Both the position numbers and the translations under genes were made by a program. DNA of 62,847 nt, counting the filler. It is 12 parts of 12 records of this genome, joined end to end, with 100 filler letters (N's around TTAATTAATTAA, not from the genome) between each part and the next. Parts side by side here need not be neighbours in the genome. Positions count along the whole stretch, not along the records: positions 57,788 to 62,847 come from SRR7504441_27925; 11 more parts are not named here. One strand, 5' to 3'. Of the stretch, positions 58,017-62,847 are shown piece by piece. The notes under the pieces are model-generated. The model searched no databases and was not told the origin of the DNA. It saw only the letters and a program-made list of their open reading frames with translations. The first letter of the stretch is position 1; the number at the start of each line of letters is the position of its first letter.

Positions 58017-59753
58017 TTATTCGACGTCTACACTTACGCGTGATTGATTCACCGGAACGAGAATGTCAAAGTCAGACACAATGAACTCAGTGTCGTGTGA
58101 CCCGGTGCCTAGCCCAGTCTCGGGCCCAATGTTGACAGTCACGATCTCGATCGGCTCCGAAGTCATGCACGGGAACCATATCTGCGTGAACAGCCGGCCT
58201 ACATTCAGCGTGTGCAGCTTTGGATTCCCGACGAATCCGTCAGTTGCGTTTGCCGGAAAACCCCAGTGAGCCCACTCTGGATGAGGCGCTATCTTGTAAA
58301 TGCTCTGTCCGTTGCTATTGGAGTAGGGGTCGCAGCACGGCTCGTGCTGCTCCATCTCCGGGCACGACTCGCACGGCCCGCAGTACATTTTGTACGCGTC
58401 GTAGGGAAAATCTGGCTCCGACCGGTGCACCTTGGAGCCGTTCCGCCAGATATGGTATCGCGGGCAGCCGTTGGTATTCTTAGCGGTGCAGCCATCGGAG
58501 CCGCCATAGTCGAGCAGCACCTGCTGGTGCACCATCGTGTTGGTGTCGCCATACGGTCGACACGGCAGCCTCGTCTTCTGGTCCCAGCAGGCCTCCATAT
58601 TCGGAGCGTACCAAGAACCGACCCCGCCGCCCGCGATCTGGTCCTTGGTTATGTTTAAAAAGAAAGTGACCAGGAAGTCCGGGGTGGTCGGGATCCCGGT
58701 CATCATCCCCCGGCCCTCGTACGCCTGGTTGGCTTTGATCCCAACCCCCGCGTCGGCCCCAAAGTATGTACATAGCCAGCTGTACTCCTCGGAGACTCGC
58801 TGATAGATCCTCGTAAACCCCTTCCCCTGCCGTTGGTCGTACCACCACTCCCACACCCCGAGGTCCACTGACAACGGAAACTCCGCCTCGGGCACAGCCA
58901 GCTGTGCGTCGAGTGTGAAAGTCCAGTTGAAGCGACCGCCGAGCCGAGGGTCGGCTGGGTCAGTATAACCTACGAGTACTTGGGCCTGGTTCATTGGCTG
59001 ATTGTTGAACTTGAGCGGCCGGCGCGCCGGGCTGGCAGGGCACTCGACGCTGCTGGAGGCATTCACGGCGGGCGGCCATCCCGCGGCTCTCTCACTGTCA
59101 GCTTGGTGGAAACATTCAGGCAGGCAAGCCTGATCCGAGCCGAGTGCTGCCGGCGCGTTCCCGTTCTGACTCATCACCGTCCAAAAGTAACTGGGCCCGC
59201 CGCCAGGCGACTGCTCCAGACATCGCTCCCCCAGCGCGTGCTCCTTAGCCACGGCGAACCACTCAGCGTCGACCCGGCTCGGAGCGACGGCGGCGTTGTC
59301 CGCAGGTAGCACCGTCTGCTGGCCGCCCACGATGCAGTTTGCGTACCTGGGCGACGGCAGCAGCTGGCTCGGGGCGTAGGTGCGCACCCCGCCCTTTGCC
59401 CCGCCCCGGGAAGGCAGAGTGTTGTCCTTGAGCGAACAGAGTTGGCTGGTTGGGTTGGGACGGGACCATGCCCGACACCAGGCGTGGGCCAGGCACGCCG
59501 CACAGCAGTCGGCAGCCATCACGTCCTTTACCTCGCCGATGCCGACCCCTGTGGCCGGAGTGCAGCGGTCAGTGCCTGCCGGCAGGACCGAATAGTTGGC
59601 TTGGCCGGCCTTGGAGCAGAGGTTGTAGAAGAAGAGCTGCATCCGCGGGCGGCTGGTCCCGCCCCAGCGCATCCCCGGATCCCCGAGGATGGAGCGGTAC
59701 TCACCCGCCGCAGCCAACCCGACTGCCCACAGCACCGCCACTGTGTGCAGCAT
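58017..59753 (-). CDS. Secreted Cys-rich protein resembling an uncharacterised land-plant family (GDPGM motif), with an inserted PAN/apple module; intronless
   Basis: Signal MLHTVAVLWAVGLAAA; SILGDPGMR, CPRYH...NG..VHR...FPYDAY..YC, CDPYSN, PHPEW..WGFP, LNVGRL, FIVSDFDILV. Confidence 0.65.
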   Translation of the reverse strand: MLHTVAVLWAVGLAAAGEYRSILGDPGMRWGGTSRPRMQLFFYNLCSKAGQANYSVLPAGTDRCTPATGVGIGEVKDVMAADCCAACLAHAWCRAWSRPNPTSQLCSLKDNTLPSRGGAKGGVRTYAPSQLLPSPRYANCIVGGQQTVLPADNAAVAPSRVDAEWFAVAKEHALGERCLEQSPGGGPSYFWTVMSQNGNAPAALGSDQACLPECFHQADSERAAGWPPAVNASSSVECPASPARRPLKFNNQPMNQAQVLVGYTDPADPRLGGRFNWTFTLDAQLAVPEAEFPLSVDLGVWEWWYDQRQGKGFTRIYQRVSEEYSWLCTYFGADAGVGIKANQAYEGRGMMTGIPTTPDFLVTFFLNITKDQIAGGGVGSWYAPNMEACWDQKTRLPCRPYGDTNTMVHQQVLLDYGGSDGCTAKNTNGCPRYHIWRNGSKVHRSEPDFPYDAYKMYCGPCESCPEMEQHEPCCDPYSNSNGQSIYKIAPHPEWAHWGFPANATDGFVGNPKLHTLNVGRLFTQIWFPCMTSEPIEIVTVNIGPETGLGTGSHDTEFIVSDFDILVPVNQSRVSVDVE

Positions 59754-59849
59754 CGCTCTTGACCAACGAAGAAAGGTGGGCGTTGAGCTTGGCATAGCAC
59801 GCTGGTGGGACGGGAGGTGCAGCCTGGTGGTAGGCCTGACCTGGCGGGC

Positions 59850-60428
59850 ATGGCCGAGACCGCCCCGGGGGCCGATCAGACCGCGCCGGGGGTCCGGCAG
59901 CCGCCGGGCCGCCCGCCCAAGGGAATGGTCTGGGACGGGGCCGGCGCATGGCTGCCGGGCGGAATCGACCAGCCCGACCGGCTCCAGCGGGCCAAGTGCG
60001 CAGCCCCGACCAACGGCATGCCCCGGGCCAAGCGGCCCCGTGCGCGGCGCGGCACCCCCAATGAGCAAGGGGGGGCACCAGACGAGCAGGGGGGCGCCCT
60101 GAAGACCTGCCTCTGGCCCAAGTGCTATGTCCAATGCGAGAAGCTGCTCGGACCCATGCACCCGCCAGGTCCCAACGCGCCGGTCGGCCGGTCGGTGCCG
60201 CCTGCACCGGGGCGGGTGACGGCGGTGCTGGCACGGCTTGCCCAGTCGTCGAGCGATACCATGGCCACACTAACCAGATGGGCGAGCGCAAAGGGCGAGG
60301 ATCCTGAGACCGGAGAGGGCGGGTTGCATGGCGCCGTGCGGCGGCTTTTGAGCGACAGCGCTCGTGTTCTAGAGGCCGAGCTGCTGCTGGGCTTGCCTGC
60401 GAACAATCCAATGGCATGCTACTACTAA
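59850..60428 (+). CDS. Hypothetical protein with a GRPPKGMVWD motif
   Basis: ATG at 59850, open to TAA at 60428, followed by an AT-rich 3' region. Confidence 0.45.
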   Translation: MAETAPGADQTAPGVRQPPGRPPKGMVWDGAGAWLPGGIDQPDRLQRAKCAAPTNGMPRAKRPRARRGTPNEQGGAPDEQGGALKTCLWPKCYVQCEKLLGPMHPPGPNAPVGRSVPPAPGRVTAVLARLAQSSSDTMATLTRWASAKGEDPETGEGGLHGAVRRLLSDSARVLEAELLLGLPANNPMACYY

Positions 60429-60897
60429 GCAATGATGCAATCCGTACTTACAAGTACCCACTAGTGTAGTTACTGATATTCATCTAATAAAGCGTATGAT
60501 AGGTCTTTGCAAGTTCAACTCGCCTTGAGTTGGCTAGACAGTACACGCGCACGTATGCCTATATATCTGGTATGGTTTTATTGGTAGATAGTCAGTTGCG
60601 TCTGTGCACATCGCTATCTTATCGCTATGGCGCTCGGGTAATCAGGGGTAGGCTCGTGGCCGTGCGCTCTTATGGCCGCCGGCAGCAGCACCGGCCCTTC
60701 TGCGGCCAGGAGCTCCTCTGCTCCGGTGGCATGATGGGGCGACAGCGTTCTCGCTGCTTTGTGCCATTGAGGCTGCACTCGGTTGCTATCCCCTGCCTAT
60801 GATCATCGGAGATCATCCGCGAGGCACGTCCCGCGACGCAGCGTCCCTCTCGGCGGTGGCCGTCACAGACGTCGCAAGCGTCGTCATTGTAGCATCG

Positions 60898-61884
60898 TTA
60901 AGCATTAAAGTGTCGGATGACAGCCTCGATCTCTTGATTGCATATCGGGCACTTCCCAGTCGATTGCTTGACTTGGAGCGCACACCCATGGCAGCACGCC
61001 TGGTGCCCGGATTCGCCGTGCACAAACGTTGCGTCAGCCTCCGCCGCCATACACACAGCGCACAGTTTCGACTCAGAAAGTTGCTGACACTCCTGCTGCA
61101 GCCGTAAGCATTCTGCCTGCCGCGCCGCTTCCTTGGCTGCCCGGATCTCCGCCAGGATGCTCGCATGCCTCTGCTCCATCTCATCCAATTGGGCGATGCT
61201 CAGCTCGGCCAGCTTCTCTCTGGGGGGCTTAGCAAGCCCGTCCGCTAGCTCGCCCTCACACTGTCGCAGCCTCTCCGCCATCGCGCGTGAGTTCCGTCGG
61301 ACCGCAACGTGATCTGAGGCGGCCTTTGAGAGCGCCTGCTGGGCGGCCAGGTAGTCCTCCTCGATCTGCTGCGCCCGCTCTGTAGCGTCCTGATTGGCCT
61401 CGTGCGCGGCCATCAGCTCCCCCTGCAACTGCTCCACCTCCCGCGAGAACTCCCGCCGGGCCCGCCGCTCGGTGGCCAGCGCCCGCGCCAGGTCGCGCAC
61501 CTGCCGTCGCTCGTGCTCCAATTGGGTGCGCGGGCTGGCCAGCGGGCTGTCAGACTCGAGGTCCGCAGGCGGCTCTTCGGGGGTCCGGCAGCGTTCCTCT
61601 TGCGGGGGCTCGAGCGGGGGGACAGGAGTGTGGCCGAGCTTGTCTTGCAGCCGCTCCAGCTGGTCCAGCTGCCGCTCCAAGTCCTCGGTCATCCGGATCT
61701 GCCGGGGGATCCGGTTGGTCACCGCGGGGCTCAGCCCGTCCTCGTCCGGGTCTTCGGAGTCCGAGAAGACCAGCGGGACAGGCGCGGAGCCCGGGGGCAG
61801 GAAACGCGGGGCCCATTTGGCCGCCACCCCGCGGTTCAGCTCCTCGGTGCTCAGCTCTTCGCCGGTGCTCCCGTTCCCTTGCAT
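60898..61884 (-). CDS. Coiled-coil protein with a C-terminal MDM2/MDM4-type (C2H2C4) RING finger; putative E3 ligase
   Basis: CAVC...ATFVHGESGHQACCHGCA...CPICNQEIEAVIRHF at the extreme C-terminus. Confidence 0.8.
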   Translation of the reverse strand: MQGNGSTGEELSTEELNRGVAAKWAPRFLPPGSAPVPLVFSDSEDPDEDGLSPAVTNRIPRQIRMTEDLERQLDQLERLQDKLGHTPVPPLEPPQEERCRTPEEPPADLESDSPLASPRTQLEHERRQVRDLARALATERRARREFSREVEQLQGELMAAHEANQDATERAQQIEEDYLAAQQALSKAASDHVAVRRNSRAMAERLRQCEGELADGLAKPPREKLAELSIAQLDEMEQRHASILAEIRAAKEAARQAECLRLQQECQQLSESKLCAVCMAAEADATFVHGESGHQACCHGCALQVKQSTGKCPICNQEIEAVIRHFNA

Positions 61885-61965
61885 CCTTCCAAGCCCCAAG
61901 GGAGCCCGAGGCAGTCGAACAAGTCGCGCTAAAAAAAAAAAAACAGCAAAGGTAGGCCTGCACGC

Positions 61966-62844
61966 ATGCCGAAGCGCCGGCCGTCGGAGAGGCTGCCCTC
62001 GATGGTGGTCAAGGCCAGGTATCTGCGGATGCCCGGCCAGCCCTCTTACGAGCGCCCGCGGGTCCCCACTGCCGAGCCGATACGAGTCTGGCCCACCGGG
62101 TTTGACGCCGGCGGCAAGGAAGACTGGAGCAAGACTCGGGTGGCCAGCGGCAAGCTGCGCAGCGTGGATGTATTGGACCGGGCCCTGCTGATGCAGTCCG
62201 ACTCCCAGATCCAGCAGCTGCTCGCGGCTGCTGCCACCTTGCCGCTGCGCGAGCCGCTCCCGGGCCGCATCGGCCCAGGCAACTTTGCCGAGAACGTCTT
62301 TGTCAGCGGCGACGCCAATGCACAGACGCTCTGCATAGGGGACGTTCTGGCGCTGGTGCCCGGCAGCAAACGGCGTCGGGGCTCAGCCGGCTCGTCAGCT
62401 ACCACCGACGGACTGCGACTGCAGGTCAGCTCTCCGCGGCGGCCGTGCGGAAAGATAGACGCGAATTTCGGAAAGACATGGGATGGCAACGGAATCCGCG
62501 CACTGGCAGCCCGCGGCGGCTCCTCGGGCTGGTTTGTCCGCGTGCTCCAGCCGGGAGAGTTAAGGGATGGCGATGAGCTGGCTGTGGTGGCTCGGCCGCA
62601 TCCTCAGTGGAGCCTGCAGCGCGTCTCAGCACTGCTCTACGGCATGCAGGGCGTGTGCGACCGGCCAGGCGGCTACTCGCTACCAGCGGAGCGTGACCAG
62701 TTACTGGCGCTGTGGCCGGGTACCGTCGAGGAGCTTCGCGAGCTTGCCGCTCTGCCTGAACTGGCGCGATACGAATACCGGGACGAACTGGTCAAGCTCG
62801 CGGCGGTTTGCGACCTCACGGCATCGAGGTGCATTCTCATGTAG
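61966..62844 (+). CDS. MOSC-domain protein (YiiM-like), intronless, ending in CILM
   Basis: PGNFAENV, LCIGDV, LQVSSPRRPCGKI, GWFVRVLQPG..R.GD, RPHPQWSL.RV. Confidence 0.88.
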   Translation: MPKRRPSERLPSMVVKARYLRMPGQPSYERPRVPTAEPIRVWPTGFDAGGKEDWSKTRVASGKLRSVDVLDRALLMQSDSQIQQLLAAAATLPLREPLPGRIGPGNFAENVFVSGDANAQTLCIGDVLALVPGSKRRRGSAGSSATTDGLRLQVSSPRRPCGKIDANFGKTWDGNGIRALAARGGSSGWFVRVLQPGELRDGDELAVVARPHPQWSLQRVSALLYGMQGVCDRPGGYSLPAERDQLLALWPGTVEELRELAALPELARYEYRDELVKLAAVCDLTASRCILM

Positions 62845-62847
62845 GGT

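Noticed and set aside
59689-62489. Many overlapping antisense ORFs of 100-260 aa, here and in other GC-rich stretches
   Set aside because: They are shadow ORFs of GC-rich coding sequence, rich in R, P, A and G, with no motifs.
1-62847. tRNA, rRNA, CRISPR arrays, transposases, viral or prokaryotic operons
   Set aside because: None was recognisable by eye. A covariance-model search could still find small RNAs.

Overview
This is eukaryotic (protist-type) nuclear DNA, not one continuous locus. Twelve short contigs are joined by eleven artificial 100-bp spacers (N44-TTAATTAATTAA-N44), so adjacency across a spacer means nothing. The genome is GC-rich and gene-dense, with many tiny spliceosomal introns (mostly about 37-55 nt; GT-AG plus several GC-AG) that fragment the ORF track. 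I spliced the genes by hand. Recognisable genes are a CSPP1-like coiled-coil protein, a divergent myosin, a cytidylyltransferase-GHMP kinase fusion, an EML-type WD40/EF-hand gene, Sec24, a TPT-family transporter, a PH-FYVE protein, PLRG1/Prp46, a NIPA-type transporter, cytochrome c, GH43, GH78 and GH47 glycosidases, a P4-ATPase (ATP9/Neo1), RPS25, RRP9, an MDM2-type RING protein and a MOSC protein. Four observations stand out. (1) One spliced gene fuses two membrane-flanked dCache sensor modules (one with an intact amino-acid-binding motif) to a two-pore-type channel with Glu in both selectivity filters. (2) A 165-bp piece of the WD40 gene is inverted between perfect 29-bp inverted repeats, and flipping it restores one ORF running into an EF-hand domain. 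(3) A GH47 mannosidase carries four WW domains on the predicted lumenal side of its anchor. (4) Two otherwise intact genes each contain one in-frame stop. All family assignments come from motif recognition by eye; no database search was run and the organism was not identified.
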